From Alphaproteobacteria bacterium (GTDB taxonomy: Bacteria > Pseudomonadota > Alphaproteobacteria > UBA828), in assembly GCA_965221125.1 (NCBI GenBank), contig CBDCRW010000004.1, positions 288,001-352,000 on the forward strand: DNA of 64,000 nucleotides, written 5' to 3'. The translations under genes and the position numbers were made by a program. Shown here piece after piece: positions 31,440 to 44,733 of the stretch (its first letter is position 1; each line of letters starts with the position of its first letter). Under the pieces are notes generated by a model. That model was not told where the DNA came from. It searched no databases and was given only the letters and a program-made list of their open reading frames with translations.

Positions 31440-32681
31440 ATGAGCAAGGTCAATCGTCGCACGCTGCTCAAGGCGGCCGGGATCGGCGGCGCGGCAGTGG
31501 TTGCGGCGCCCACCATCATCGTCAAGCCCGCGCGTGCCGACACCATCAAGGTCGGCGGACTGCACGACCGCACCGGCGTGATCGGCATCTACGGCAACGA
31601 GATGGCCGATGCGCTCGTGTTCGCGGTGGACGAGATCAACGGCGCCGGCGGGGTGCTCGGCCAGCAGCTCGAACTCATCGAGTACGACGCCCAGTCGACC
31701 ATGGCCAACTACTCGCAGTACGCCCAGCGGCTGGCGACGGCCGACAGGGCCGACGTGATCTTCGGCGGCATCACCAGCGCCTCGCGCGAGTCCATCCGCC
31801 CGGTCTTCGACCGCTTCCGCAAGCTCTACTTCTACAGCACCTTCTACGAGGGCGGCGTCTGCGACCGCACCGTCTTCTGCAACGCGGAGACGCCGGCGCA
31901 GATCAACGGCCCGCTGCTGAAGTACGCGATGGACAAGTTCGGCGCAAAGACCGTCTACACCATCGCCGCCGACTACATCTACGGGCAGATCACCGCCGAC
32001 TGGATCAAGAAGTACGCCAAGGATTTTGGGGGCGAGGTCATCGCCGAGGAGTTCTTCCCGCTCGACGTCGGCGACTTCGCGTCGACCATCACCAAGATCC
32101 AGCAGGCCGACCCGGACCTCGTCGTCTCGGCGCTCGTGGGCGGCAACCACATCGGCTTCTACCGGCAGTGGCCGGCGGCGGGGATGCAGGACAAGATCCC
32201 GGTCGCGTCGACCGTGTTCGGGCCGTGGGAGAACGCCTTCGTCTCGGCCGAGGAGTCCGAGGGCATCATGTGCTCCTACCACTACTTCCAGAGCATCGAC
32301 ACGCCGGCGAACCACGCGTTCCTGGAGAAGTGGCGCGCCCGCTACGGCGCCGATGCGCAGGAGATCGGCACGCTCGCGATCTGCACCTACAACTCGGTCA
32401 ACATGTGGAAGAAGGCGGTGGAGCAGGCCGGCACCATCGACCGCATGGCGGTGATCGAGGCGCTGGAGACCGGCATCTCCGTGGACGGGCCGGGCGGCAC
32501 GGTGACGATGGATCCGCCCACCCACCACACGATCATGAGCGCGGCGATCGCCGAGCTCAGGGGCGGCAACTTCGACATCGTCGAGGTGGCCGAGAACCGG
32601 ACGCCGGACGATACCGCCACGGTGTGCGACCTGATCAGCAACCCGGATCAGGCGACCCAGTACCGGATCGAGGTCGACTGA
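31440..32681 (+). CDS. Urea/amide ABC transporter substrate-binding protein (UrtA/AmiC-like), Tat-exported
   Basis: RRTLLK twin-arginine signal, FGGITSASRE, YEGG, ADYIYG. Confidence 0.9.
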   Translation: MSKVNRRTLLKAAGIGGAAVVAAPTIIVKPARADTIKVGGLHDRTGVIGIYGNEMADALVFAVDEINGAGGVLGQQLELIEYDAQSTMANYSQYAQRLATADRADVIFGGITSASRESIRPVFDRFRKLYFYSTFYEGGVCDRTVFCNAETPAQINGPLLKYAMDKFGAKTVYTIAADYIYGQITADWIKKYAKDFGGEVIAEEFFPLDVGDFASTITKIQQADPDLVVSALVGGNHIGFYRQWPAAGMQDKIPVASTVFGPWENAFVSAEESEGIMCSYHYFQSIDTPANHAFLEKWRARYGADAQEIGTLAICTYNSVNMWKKAVEQAGTIDRMAVIEALETGISVDGPGGTVTMDPPTHHTIMSAAIAELRGGNFDIVEVAENRTPDDTATVCDLISNPDQATQYRIEVD

Positions 32682-32710
32682 TCCCGACCTAGACCCGGCG
32701 GTTACCGATC

Positions 32711-33577
32711 ATGGATCTCGCCGGCATCATCGCCGTCCAGATCGGCTATACGGTGGCCAGCCTCGCGCTCATCAGCGCGGGGCTGGCCGTCATTTTCGGC
32801 ATGATGCGGGTCATCAACCTGGCCCACGGCGAGTTCCTGATGCTGGGCGCCTACGCGGTCGTCGTCTCGACCAAGGCCGGCATCAACTTCTGGGTCTCGA
32901 TGCTGGTCATCGCGCCGCTCTTCGTCGGCATCGTCGGCGTCATCGTGGAGCGTTTCATCGTCCGCTTCCTCTACGGCCGCATGATGGACACCCTGATTGC
33001 GACCTGGGGCTTGAGCCTGCTCTTCATCGGCATTATCACGACCATCTTCGGCAACGCGACCGAGAGCGTGGTCTCGCCGCTCGGCAGCTTCGAGATCGGC
33101 GAGTTCGCCGAGAGCCAGTACCGGCTCTTCATCATCTTCCTCGGCGTGCTCGTGATCGCGGTGATCTTCGCCGTGCTGCGCTACTCGCGCGCAGGGCTGA
33201 TCGCCCGCGGCACAATGCAGAACGCCGACATGGCGGCCGCGCTCGGCATCAGCCCGCAGCACGTCTACACCATCACCTTCGGCGTCGGCGCCGCGCTCAC
33301 GGGGCTTGCGGGCGCGGCGCTCGCGCCGGTGAGCGGCCTGCTGCCGACCATGGGCGCCGCCTTCATCGCCAAGGCCTTCATCACCGTGATCGGCGGCGGC
33401 GAGGCCATCGTCACCGGCACGTCCACCGCAGCGGGGCTGTTCGGCACCGTGAACCAGGTCACCACCTTCCTGTCCACGCCGGTCATGGGAGACGTGGCGC
33501 TGCTGATCGCCGCCGTCATCCTGCTCCGGCTGCTGCCGCAGGGCATCACCGGCCGGTTCTTCCGCCGATGGCTCTGA
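32711..33577 (+). CDS. ABC transporter permease (UrtB/LivH-like)
   Basis: GLAVIFGMMRVINLAHGEF, DTLIATWGLSL. Confidence 0.92.
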   Translation: MDLAGIIAVQIGYTVASLALISAGLAVIFGMMRVINLAHGEFLMLGAYAVVVSTKAGINFWVSMLVIAPLFVGIVGVIVERFIVRFLYGRMMDTLIATWGLSLLFIGIITTIFGNATESVVSPLGSFEIGEFAESQYRLFIIFLGVLVIAVIFAVLRYSRAGLIARGTMQNADMAAALGISPQHVYTITFGVGAALTGLAGAALAPVSGLLPTMGAAFIAKAFITVIGGGEAIVTGTSTAAGLFGTVNQVTTFLSTPVMGDVALLIAAVILLRLLPQGITGRFFRRWL

Positions 33578-34623
33578 ACCTCCGCCTCGATGGCGACGGG
33601 CTCACGGTGGGGCGGCTCTCGCCCGCGCTCACCGGGCCGGTCGCAGCCGTCGTCATCATCGCGCTCGTCATCGGCATCCTGCCGCTGCTGGTCTCCGACA
33701 TCTTCATCCTGCTGCAGCTCACGCTGTTCATGGCCTACGGCATCCTCGCCATGAGCCTCGGCTGGGTGTGGGGATACGGCGGCATCTTCAGCTTCGGCCA
33801 GGCGGCGTTCTACGGCCTCGGCGGCTACACCTACGCCGTGGTCTCCATCAACATGGGGGGCAGCACGACCGCGCTCTTCGCGGGCGTCGCCGTGCCCGCG
33901 GCCTTCGCCCTCTTCCTCGGCTACTTCATGTTCTACGGCCGCATCAGCACGGTCTACGTGGCCGTCATCACTCTCGTCGTCTCGCTGATCTTCTACAAGT
34001 TCCTGGGCCACACGGCGGGCTACGAATACACCCTCGGCACGGCCCATCTCGGCGGCTTCAACGGCATGCCGGCGCTGCCGCCGATCAACACGCCGGGCAA
34101 TCCCATGGCCATGATCTGGCCGGAGGACATGTTCGTCATCACCGGCATCTGCCTGCTGCTGGTCTATGTGGCGCTGCGTCTGCTGATGCGGTCACACTTC
34201 GGCCGCGCGGTCGCGGCGATACGGGAGAACGAGCTCCGGGCCGAGCTGCTGGGCTACGACACGCGCCTCTACAAGATGGCTGTCTTCGGCATCGGCGGCG
34301 CGGTGGCGGGGCTGGCCGGCGTGCTCTACGCCAACTGGAACTCCTACGTGAGCCCCACCGTGTTCGACCTCGGCTTCAGCGCGCAGATCATCATCTGGGT
34401 GGTGGTCGGCGGGCTCGGCACCCTGGTCGGCCCGCTGATCGGCGCGATGGCCTTGGGCTTCATCACCATCGAGCTCGGCACGCAGCAGACCGTCGACGTC
34501 AACCTGATCCTCGGCGTGATCCTCGTGCTCTTCGTGCTCGCGGTGCCGGAGGGCGTGACCGCCCAGATCCGCGCCCTCTACGTCCGCCTGATGGACAGCA
34601 CCCTCGGCCAGTCTCGGGCTTAG
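33568..34623 (+). CDS. ABC transporter permease (UrtC/LivM-like)
   Basis: WGYGGIFSFGQ, AIRENELRAELLGY, VVVGGLGTL. Confidence 0.92.
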   Translation: MALNLRLDGDGLTVGRLSPALTGPVAAVVIIALVIGILPLLVSDIFILLQLTLFMAYGILAMSLGWVWGYGGIFSFGQAAFYGLGGYTYAVVSINMGGSTTALFAGVAVPAAFALFLGYFMFYGRISTVYVAVITLVVSLIFYKFLGHTAGYEYTLGTAHLGGFNGMPALPPINTPGNPMAMIWPEDMFVITGICLLLVYVALRLLMRSHFGRAVAAIRENELRAELLGYDTRLYKMAVFGIGGAVAGLAGVLYANWNSYVSPTVFDLGFSAQIIIWVVVGGLGTLVGPLIGAMALGFITIELGTQQTVDVNLILGVILVLFVLAVPEGVTAQIRALYVRLMDSTLGQSRA

Positions 34624-34629
34624 CGACCC

Positions 34630-35625
34630 CTATTCCGCTGCCGCGCGTGAAGCCGGGCCGGCGTCCAGCCGCGCGAGCGCGCGGGCGTAGACGCCGGGGT
34701 CCACGTTGCCGCCCGAGAGGATCAGCCCCACCTTCCTGCTGGCCATGGCGTCGTGCTCCTGCATGAGCGCCGCGAGCGGGGACGCGCCAGCGCCTTCGGC
34801 AAGGTTGTGGGTGTCGGCGTGGTAGGCGGCGATGGCGTCCAGCATCTCGTCGTCGGAGACGCTGACGATGCGGGCGCAGCCGGCGAGGATCGCCTCCAGG
34901 GCCACAGGCGAGGGCTCGCGAGTCGCGATCCCGTCGCCCACCACGGTCGTCGCCCGGTTGGTGGAGACCGGGCGCCTGGCCTCGAAGCTGAGTTCGTAGC
35001 AGTTGGCGCCCTCGGCGACGACGCCGACGATCTCGGTCTTGAGCCCCAGCGCGTCGCGCACCCCCATCAGCCCGCAGATGCCGGAGCCCAGCCCCACCGG
35101 CACGTAGACCGCGTCGAGGTCGGGCACGGCCGTGAAGAGCTCGAGCGCATAGGTGCCGACGCCCCGAATGAGGCGCTCGTCGAAGGAGGGAACCATCGCG
35201 AGGCCGCGCTCCGCCGCCAGAGCCTCGGCGTGCGCGAAGGCGTCCTCGAAGTCCGCGCCGTGGATCACCAGCTCGCCGCCGAAGGCGGCCATCGCCGCGT
35301 TCTTGCCGGCGGCGTTGCCTTCCGGCACCACCAGGACGGAGGCGAGGCCGAGCCGGGCCGCGGCGAAGGCGATGCTCTGGCCGTGGTTGCCCCTCGTGGC
35401 GGCGATCACGCCGTCTGTCGGGCCGTGCCGGCGCAGATCGTCCATGAAGACGAGGCCGCCCCGCACCTTGAAGGCGCCGATCGGCGTGTGGTTCTCGTGC
35501 TTGACCCAGACTTGGCACCCGGTGCGCTCGGCCAGCAGCGGCCAGGCGATCTGCGGCGTCGGGTCGAGGGTCTCGTGGACGAAGGCGGCGGCTTCCTGGA
35601 ATTGGGCCAGCGTGGGCAGGCGCAT
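34630..35625 (-). CDS. Threonine dehydratase / PLP fold-II enzyme
   Basis: KHENHTPIGAFKVRG, ATRGNHG, PVGLGSG, LSGGN. Confidence 0.9.
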   Translation of the reverse strand: MRLPTLAQFQEAAAFVHETLDPTPQIAWPLLAERTGCQVWVKHENHTPIGAFKVRGGLVFMDDLRRHGPTDGVIAATRGNHGQSIAFAAARLGLASVLVVPEGNAAGKNAAMAAFGGELVIHGADFEDAFAHAEALAAERGLAMVPSFDERLIRGVGTYALELFTAVPDLDAVYVPVGLGSGICGLMGVRDALGLKTEIVGVVAEGANCYELSFEARRPVSTNRATTVVGDGIATREPSPVALEAILAGCARIVSVSDDEMLDAIAAYHADTHNLAEGAGASPLAALMQEHDAMASRKVGLILSGGNVDPGVYARALARLDAGPASRAAAE

Positions 35626-35756
35626 GGCGGTGCTCCGTTTGTCGGCGGAGGTGCATCTTAGCAGTTGCGCCATCGCGTCGGGATGGCGCACCCCGGCGAT
35701 GTGGCCGGCCCCGTGCTCGTGGGCTATGGTGCGCGCAGGGCAGGGACGAGAATGTC

Positions 35757-36095
35757 ATGAATGTGACCTGCGAACGGAGTGACGGCGTTCTGTGGCTCCA
35801 GGTGAGCGGCCGCATCAACATCCTCAATGCCACGCAGTTCGAGGAGGAAGCCGAAAACGCAATCGAGGATGGCGACCGGGCGGTGGTCCTGGACCTGGAG
35901 AACCTGACCTACATCAGCAGCGCGGGCCTTTACGCCGTCCTCAAGCTCGCGAAGATCGCCTGGAAGCGCGATGCGGCGTTCGCGCTGTGCGCACTGTCGG
36001 ACCACATCCACCCGGTCTTCAAGAGGATCGGCTTCGACGGGATCATGGCCATCCATCCGACCAGGGCCGCGGCGCTGGCATCCGTCAAGGGCTGA
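35757..36095 (+). CDS. STAS domain anti-sigma factor antagonist
   Basis: VVLDLENLTYISSAGL. Confidence 0.9.
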   Translation: MNVTCERSDGVLWLQVSGRINILNATQFEEEAENAIEDGDRAVVLDLENLTYISSAGLYAVLKLAKIAWKRDAAFALCALSDHIHPVFKRIGFDGIMAIHPTRAAALASVKG

Positions 36096-36280
36096 ACCGG
36101 CGATCCGTAATCGCCTCGCGCGGCTCCGGCGCGCCGCCGAACGCGCCCATCGCCGCATCCCTGGCCGTGCGTGATTCACATCCGCGCCGACAAGCGGAGC
36201 CTTAATCCCAGGCCTATGCGGGGGTAGTTGCATCGCGGGTGGCGGCCTGTACCTTGGCGGGGCCACTGAGCGAGGGGGCG

Positions 36281-37885
36281 ATGGAGGTTCTGCGCTCGAC
36301 GGCCGACCCGGCCTCGGACAAGTTCAAGAGCAACGAGGCGGCCATGCGGGCGCTGGTCGACGACCTCGCCCGCCGCCACGCGCAGGTGCTCGAAGGCGGC
36401 CCCGCGAGCGCGCGCGAGCGCCACGAGAAGCGCGGCAAGATGCTGCCGCGGGAGCGCGTGAACGCGCTCGTCGACGCAGGAACGCCGTTGCTGGAACTCT
36501 CGGCCCTGGCTGCCGACGGGCTCTACGGCACGGAGGTTCCGGCCGCCGGCATCATCACCGGAATCGGGCGCGTCGAGGGGCGCGAGTGCGTCGTGATCGC
36601 CAACGACGCGACAGTCAAGGGCGGCACCTACTACCCGATGACCGTGAAGAAGCACATCCGCGCGCAGGAGGTCGCCGAGGAAAACCGACTGCCCTGCGTC
36701 TATCTGGTGGATTCCGGCGGCGCCAACCTGCCGCACCAGGACGAGGTGTTCCCCGACCGCGAGCATTTCGGGCGCATCTTCTACAACCAGGCGCGCATGT
36801 CGGCGAAAGGCGTGGCCCAGATCGCCGTGGTGATGGGCTCGTGCACGGCCGGCGGCGCCTACGTTCCGGCGATGTCCGACGAGACCATCATCGTCAAGGA
36901 GCAGGGCACGATCTTCCTCGGCGGCCCGCCGCTGGTGAAGGCGGCGACCGGGGAGGAGGTGACGGCCGAGGAGCTGGGCGGGGCCGACGTGCACACGCGG
37001 CTCTCCGGCGTCGCCGACCACATGGCGGCGGACGACGCGGACGCGATCCGCCGGGCGCGGGCCATCGTCGCCCGCCTCGATGCCGCGCCGGCGGCGGTCG
37101 CGGCCGGGGCGGCGGCGGAGCCCGCCTACGACCCCGCCGAGATCTACGGCATCGTGCCGCAGTCGCTCCGCACCATGTTCAACGTGCGCGAGGTGATCGC
37201 CCGCATCGCAGACGGCAGCGCCTTCGACGAGTTCAAGGCCCGCTACGGCGCCACCCTGGTGACGGGCTTCGCGCGCATCGGCGGGCACCTCGTCGGCATC
37301 CTCGCCAACAACGGCATCCTCTTCTCGGAATCCGCGCTCAAGGGGGCGCACTTCATCGAGCTCTGCTGCCAGCGCGGCATCCCGCTGCTCTTCCTGCAGA
37401 ACATCGTGGGCTTCATGGTGGGCAAGCGCTACGAGCAGGGCGGCATCGCCAAGGACGGCGCCAAGCTCGTGACCGCGGTCTCCTGCGCGGCCGTGCCCAA
37501 GCTCACGGTCATCATCGGCGGCAGCTACGGCGCCGGGAACTACGGCATGTGCGGGCGTGCCTATGGGCCGCGCTTCCTCTGGATGTGGCCCAACGCGCGC
37601 ATCTCGGTGATGGGGGGCGAGCAGGCGGCGAGCGTGCTGGCCCGCATCCGGCGCGACCGCATCGAGGCGGACGGCGGCGCGTGGAGCGAGGACGAGGAAG
37701 CCGCGTTCAAGGCGCCGATCCTCGCCCAGTACGAGGAGCAGGGGAATCCCTACTACGCCGCCGCCCGGCTCTGGCACGACGGGGTGATCGACCCGGCCGG
37801 GACGCGCGACGTGCTGGCGCGGGCTTTGGGCATCGTCGCGAACGGCCCGGCCGAGGCCACGCGCTTCGGCGTGTTCAGGATGTAG
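36281..37885 (+). CDS. Methylcrotonoyl-CoA carboxylase beta (carboxyltransferase) subunit, LiuB-like
   Basis: [44 protein letters not shown] end. Confidence 0.93.
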   Translation: MEVLRSTADPASDKFKSNEAAMRALVDDLARRHAQVLEGGPASARERHEKRGKMLPRERVNALVDAGTPLLELSALAADGLYGTEVPAAGIITGIGRVEGRECVVIANDATVKGGTYYPMTVKKHIRAQEVAEENRLPCVYLVDSGGANLPHQDEVFPDREHFGRIFYNQARMSAKGVAQIAVVMGSCTAGGAYVPAMSDETIIVKEQGTIFLGGPPLVKAATGEEVTAEELGGADVHTRLSGVADHMAADDADAIRRARAIVARLDAAPAAVAAGAAAEPAYDPAEIYGIVPQSLRTMFNVREVIARIADGSAFDEFKARYGATLVTGFARIGGHLVGILANNGILFSESALKGAHFIELCCQRGIPLLFLQNIVGFMVGKRYEQGGIAKDGAKLVTAVSCAAVPKLTVIIGGSYGAGNYGMCGRAYGPRFLWMWPNARISVMGGEQAASVLARIRRDRIEADGGAWSEDEEAAFKAPILAQYEEQGNPYYAAARLWHDGVIDPAGTRDVLARALGIVANGPAEATRFGVFRM

Positions 37886-37899
37886 CGGGACGCGGGCTC

Positions 37900-38685
37900 A
37901 TGGCTGACGACACCGTGCTGGTCGAGGTGGACGGAGGCGTTGCGACGCTCACGCTGAACCGGCCCGAGGTGCACAACGCCTTCGACGATGCGCTGATCGC
38001 CCGGCTCACGAGCGCGCTGGAGGATGTCGCGGCACGGGGCGACGTGCGCGTCGTGGTGCTCACCGGCAGCGGAAAATCCTTCTGCGCCGGCGCCGACCTC
38101 GCGCACATGAAGAAGGCCGCGGGCTTCTCGGAAGCCGAGAACATCGCCGACGCTCAAGCGCTCGCCCGCCTCCTCATGGTGCTGGGCGGCTTGCCCAGGC
38201 CGACCGTGGCGCTGGTCCAGGGGCCGGCGTATGGCGGCGGCGTCGGGCTGGTCAGCGCCTGCGACATCGCAATCGCCGCCGAGCGTGCGTCCTTCGCGCT
38301 GACCGAGGTGCGGCTCGGGCTGATCCCGGCCGTGATCAGCCCGTTCGTGGTCCGCGCCGTCGGCGAGTCCCACGCCCGGCGCTTCATGCTCACCGGCAAG
38401 CGTTTTGGCGCCGAGACGGCGCGCCGCATCGGGCTGGTGCACGAGGTGGTGGACGGCGAGGCTCTGGAGGCGCGCGGCGCGGAGGTCGTCGAGATGCTGC
38501 TGCAGTGCTCGCCGGACGCCCATCGCCGCGCGAAGGCGCTGATCGACGCGGTCGCCGGCCGGCCCATCGACGAGGCGCTGGCCGACGACGTGGCGCGCCG
38601 CATCGCCGCCGCCCGCGCCTCCGACGATGGCAGGGAGGGTATCGCCGCCTTCCTCGAGAAGAGGACTCCTTGGTGGCGTACCTGA
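37900..38685 (+). CDS. Enoyl-CoA hydratase (methylglutaconyl-CoA hydratase, LiuC-like)
   Basis: LNRPEVHNAF, FCAGADL, GGGVGL, TEVRLGLIPA. Confidence 0.9.
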   Translation: MADDTVLVEVDGGVATLTLNRPEVHNAFDDALIARLTSALEDVAARGDVRVVVLTGSGKSFCAGADLAHMKKAAGFSEAENIADAQALARLLMVLGGLPRPTVALVQGPAYGGGVGLVSACDIAIAAERASFALTEVRLGLIPAVISPFVVRAVGESHARRFMLTGKRFGAETARRIGLVHEVVDGEALEARGAEVVEMLLQCSPDAHRRAKALIDAVAGRPIDEALADDVARRIAAARASDDGREGIAAFLEKRTPWWRT

Positions 38686-38734
38686 GCCGGCACGCCACCA
38701 TATGGCGCGCGCCAGGCTGCGCGGGCGCGCGACG

Positions 38735-39166
38735 ATGACGCTCAACCTGCTGAAGCTCGCCGTCGGCATCGACGGGGTCGATCACCTGCGCGCGGTCCAG
38801 GCGGCGCGGCTTCAGCGGCTCGGCCGGCTCATCCACGTCACCCGCTTCCGGCCGCGCCGGGCGGACGAGATCCTGGCCGGCGGCTCCATGTACTGGGTCA
38901 TCCGCCACCGCATCCGCGTGCGCCAGCGCATCCTGGCCTTCGACCGGCACGAGACGGAGTCCGCCGCCAAGCCCAAGTGCGCGATCGTGCTCGATCCCGA
39001 ACTCATCGCCACCGATCCGGTGCACCGCCGCCCGCACCAGGGCTGGCGCTACCTGGAGGGAGCCGACGCACCCCGGGATCTCGGGCCAGTGGGAACGGTC
39101 GAGATCCCCGAGGACGCCTTCCCGCCCGAGATGGCGGCGGAGCTCCGGGCGCTGGGCCTTCTCTGA
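38735..39166 (+). CDS. DUF1489 family protein
   Basis: LNLLKLAVG, GGSMYWVI, QGWRYL, ELRALGLL. Confidence 0.85.
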   Translation: MTLNLLKLAVGIDGVDHLRAVQAARLQRLGRLIHVTRFRPRRADEILAGGSMYWVIRHRIRVRQRILAFDRHETESAAKPKCAIVLDPELIATDPVHRRPHQGWRYLEGADAPRDLGPVGTVEIPEDAFPPEMAAELRALGLL

Positions 39167-39223
39167 GCGCGCCCGGCCCGCGCCGTGCTATGCTGGCGCA
39201 GCGGCGAGAGGGAGGATGCAGCC

Positions 39224-39847
39224 ATGAGCGGGGCGGACTGGCACATCAGGGGCGACTACTTCGAGACCTGCAGCTGCGACTACCTGTGCCCCTGCATCTT
39301 CACCAACATGACCGCGATGCCGACCGACGGCGTCTGCAAGGTCGCCATCGTGCTGGACATTGCGGAGGGCCACTACGGCGACGTGCAGCTGGGCGGCGTG
39401 AGCTTCGTCACCGCAGCGATGGTGGACGGCCCCATGGGCGACGGCAACTGGACCGTCGGCCTCATCATCGACGAGGGCGCGAGCGACGCGCAGGTCGACG
39501 CCATCGGGCGCATCTGCTCCGGCGAGGAGGGCGGCCCGATGGCGCTGATGGCCCCGCTCATCGGCACCTTCGCGGGCGTCGAGCGTGCGCCGATCAGGAT
39601 CGAGCGGCGGGAGATGGGCTTCTCGATCACCGCCGGCGATCTGCTGCGCCACGGGGCGGAGGGCGTGCCCAGCCTGCCCGACCCGTCCGAGACCATCATG
39701 ATCGACAACACCGGGCATCCCGCCAACAAGCGCCTCCACCTCGCCATCGGCACCCACAGCCACCTCAACGCCTTCGGCATCGACTGGAACGACGCGGCCG
39801 GCGGCCACAACGGCCACTACGCGCCGTTCGACTGGCGTCCGAACTGA
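39224..39847 (+). CDS. DUF1326 family protein
   Basis: WHIRGDYFETCSCDYLCPC, NGHYAPFDW. Confidence 0.85.
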   Translation: MSGADWHIRGDYFETCSCDYLCPCIFTNMTAMPTDGVCKVAIVLDIAEGHYGDVQLGGVSFVTAAMVDGPMGDGNWTVGLIIDEGASDAQVDAIGRICSGEEGGPMALMAPLIGTFAGVERAPIRIERREMGFSITAGDLLRHGAEGVPSLPDPSETIMIDNTGHPANKRLHLAIGTHSHLNAFGIDWNDAAGGHNGHYAPFDWRPN

Positions 39848-39868
39848 TCGAGGACTGACCGGCAGGAG

Positions 39869-40582
39869 CTAACGCCCGCAGGCCTCGATCAGCGAACGGA
39901 AGATCAGGGCGTCGCCGGGGTCGATAGCGTATTCTGGGTGCCACTGCACGCCGATGAACCAGCGGTGCGTGGGGTCCTCGATGCCCTCGATCACGCCGTC
40001 CGGCGCGCGCGCATTGACCGCGAGGCTGGGCGCCGCTTCGGCGACGGCCTGGTGATGCGCGCTGTTCACCGCCATGGTAGCGCTGCCGACGATGGCGCGC
40101 AGCCGGCTCTCGGCTGCCAGCGTCACGGCGTGTCCCGGCTCGGTGCGCGGGTTGGGCTGCTCGTGGGCGAGCGCGTCCGGCACCGCATCCGGGATGTGCT
40201 GGATGAGGGTGCCGCCGAGCGCCACGTTCATGAGCTGCTGACCGCCGCAGATGCCGAGCGAGGGCACGGCCTGACCGTGCGCGGCGCGGGTGATGGCAAG
40301 CTCGAAGGCGGTGCGACGATCCTTGGTGGTGACGGTCTCGTGCCGTGAGGCGGCGCCGAAAAGGGCCGGGTCCACGTCGAAGGCGCCGCCGGTGATGACG
40401 AGGCCGTCCACGATATCGAGATAGCGCTCCGCAAGCGCCGGCTCGTGCGGCAGCGCGACCGGAACCCCGCCCGCCGCCGCGATCGCCGTGCAGTAGTTCT
40501 CGCGGATCGCGTACCACGGCTCGCCGGAATAGCCGCCGGGCGGCTCGATATCGAGGGTAAGGCCGATCACGGGCTGGGCCAT
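39869..40582 (-). CDS. Gamma-glutamyl-gamma-aminobutyrate hydrolase family (peptidase C26)
   Basis: GICGGQQ, VNSAHHQA, GVQWHPE. Confidence 0.92.
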   Translation of the reverse strand: MAQPVIGLTLDIEPPGGYSGEPWYAIRENYCTAIAAAGGVPVALPHEPALAERYLDIVDGLVITGGAFDVDPALFGAASRHETVTTKDRRTAFELAITRAAHGQAVPSLGICGGQQLMNVALGGTLIQHIPDAVPDALAHEQPNPRTEPGHAVTLAAESRLRAIVGSATMAVNSAHHQAVAEAAPSLAVNARAPDGVIEGIEDPTHRWFIGVQWHPEYAIDPGDALIFRSLIEACGR

Positions 40583-40697
40583 TGGAGGACTCTAGTCTGC
40601 ATTCACCGGCAGGGGGAGGGTCGCGCCCGCTGCGGTTATGGGCTAGGGATGGTCGGCATATTTGAGCATCTTGGCCATCAGCGGAATTGAGGTTGTC

Positions 40698-40880
40698 ATG
40701 GCTCGTATCCCCGTCGACGACGAGGTGCGGAACGTCACTGAGCCGCTCCACCGCGAGGACACCCACGCGGAAGGTGGAAGCGATGCCGATCCGATCCTGG
40801 CCCTGCGCGGGACGGGCAAGGCAACGTGGGCGAACGAGGACGCCGACACCTACATCGAACGCCTGCGCCAGGGCTGGTAA
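40698..40880 (+). CDS. Putative antitoxin (VapB-like small protein)
   Basis: C-terminus DPILALRGTGKATWANEDADTYIERLRQGW; TAATG coupling to the next ORF. Confidence 0.6.
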   Translation: MARIPVDDEVRNVTEPLHREDTHAEGGSDADPILALRGTGKATWANEDADTYIERLRQGW

Positions 40881-40975
40881 TGACTAAAGTATTTTCGGAC
40901 ACGACTCTTTTCGTGTCCCTGTTGGAAAACCGCGGCATCCACTTCATCCAGTCGCTCGACAAGGCAACCCCGTGA
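40880..40975 (+). pseudogene. PIN/VapC toxin remnant with a large internal deletion
   Basis: 31-aa ORF MTKVFSDTTLFVSLLENRGIHFIQSLDKATP: PIN first strand (VFxDT) joined to a C-terminal-like segment. Confidence 0.55.
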
Positions 40976-41427
40976 GGACACCGCCCGCGCTCATGGACCT
41001 CGCCATGGCGGAAGCCGAGGCGGCGGCGGCCCGCGGCGAGGTGCCGGTGGGGGCCGTCGTGGTCGATGGGCGCACCGGCGAGGTTCTGGCGCGGGCGGGC
41101 AATGCGGTGGAAGCAACGCACGACCCGACGGCGCACGCCGAGATGCTGGCCATCCGCGCGGCCGCCGCTAAGCGGGGCACGGCGCGCCTCGTGGACTGCG
41201 ACATCTACGTGACGCTGGAGCCCTGCGCCATGTGCGCCCAGGCCATCGCCTTCGCCCGGTTTCGCCGGCTCTACTTCGCCGCCGCGGACCCCAAGGGCGG
41301 CGGGGTCGAGCACGGCGCGCGCATTTTTCAACAGCCCACCTGCCACCACCGGCCCGAGGTCGTCGGCGGCGTTCAGGAGAGCCGCGCCGCCCAGCTTCTC
41401 CGAGCTTTCTTCGAAGACCGTCGTTAG
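40972..41427 (+). CDS. tadA: tRNA adenosine(34) deaminase
   Basis: GEVPVGAV, DPTAHAE, TLEPCAMC, DPKGG. Confidence 0.9.
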   Translation: MRTPPALMDLAMAEAEAAAARGEVPVGAVVVDGRTGEVLARAGNAVEATHDPTAHAEMLAIRAAAAKRGTARLVDCDIYVTLEPCAMCAQAIAFARFRRLYFAAADPKGGGVEHGARIFQQPTCHHRPEVVGGVQESRAAQLLRAFFEDRR

Positions 41428-41499
41428 CCCGTCTGCCCCGTTGCCGGCCGGGTGCCCAAACTCTATAAGGGCCAGCCGTCACAGCACGGGGGAGAACCC

Positions 41500-41922
41500 A
41501 TGGCGACCCAGCGCACCCTTTCGATCATCAAGCCCGATGCCACCCGCCGCAACCTCACCGGCGCCATCAACCAGCGCTTCGAGGAGGCCGGACTGGCCAT
41601 CGTGGCCCAGCGCCGGGTCAGGCTGACGGAGGGCCAGGCCCAGGCCTTCTACGCGGTCCACAGGGAGCGCGCGTTCTACAACGACCTCTGCGCCTTCATG
41701 ACTTCGGGCCCCGTGGTGGTCCAGGTGCTGGAGGGCGAGAACGCGGTCGAGGCCAACCGCACGATCATGGGTGCGACCAACCCGGCCAACGCCGATGCCG
41801 GCACCATCCGCAAGGATTTCGGCGAGTCCGTGGAGGCCAACTCCGTGCACGGCTCGGACTCGCCCGAGAACGCGGCCGTGGAGATCGCCTTCTTCTTCGC
41901 GGAGACCGACATCGTCGGCTGA
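41500..41922 (+). CDS. ndk: Nucleoside diphosphate kinase
   Basis: [24 protein letters not shown]. Confidence 0.97.
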   Translation: MATQRTLSIIKPDATRRNLTGAINQRFEEAGLAIVAQRRVRLTEGQAQAFYAVHRERAFYNDLCAFMTSGPVVVQVLEGENAVEANRTIMGATNPANADAGTIRKDFGESVEANSVHGSDSPENAAVEIAFFFAETDIVG

Positions 41923-42043
41923 GCCGGCGGCCGGCGGCGCCTGCGGCCGGCGGAGCCTGGGGCAGGCGGAGCCGTCCAGCGCGCCCCGGCGCCGTGCTAT
42001 AGTGGGCGGCACGCGCGCGGTGGTCGCGGGGTGTTAGCGAGCA

Positions 42044-42370
42044 ATGTCGGATCAACGGACAACGGGTCGGCCGGGCGACGATTCCTCGGTCATCACCAAG
42101 TCCCGCAGCGAGACCAAGAAGCCTTCGATGTACAAGGTCTTGCTGCTGAACGACGACTACACGCCGATGGAGTTCGTGGTCATCGTGCTGATGCGCTTCT
42201 TCGGGATGGACGAGCAGCGCGCTACCACGATTATGCTGCACGTGCATCGGCGGGGCGTCGGCATCTGCGGCGTCTACTCGTACGAGATCGCGGAGACCAA
42301 GGTGAAGCAGGTGTGTGACTTCGCGCGGCGCAACGAGCACCCGCTTCAGTGCACGATGGAGAAGGAGTAG
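42044..42370 (+). CDS. clpS: ATP-dependent Clp protease adaptor ClpS
   Basis: [27 protein letters not shown]. Confidence 0.97.
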   Translation: MSDQRTTGRPGDDSSVITKSRSETKKPSMYKVLLLNDDYTPMEFVVIVLMRFFGMDEQRATTIMLHVHRRGVGICGVYSYEIAETKVKQVCDFARRNEHPLQCTMEKE

Positions 42371-42372
42371 CC

Positions 42373-44715
<2,343 letters not shown>

Positions 44716-44733
44716 ACGCCTGACCTCCGCGCG

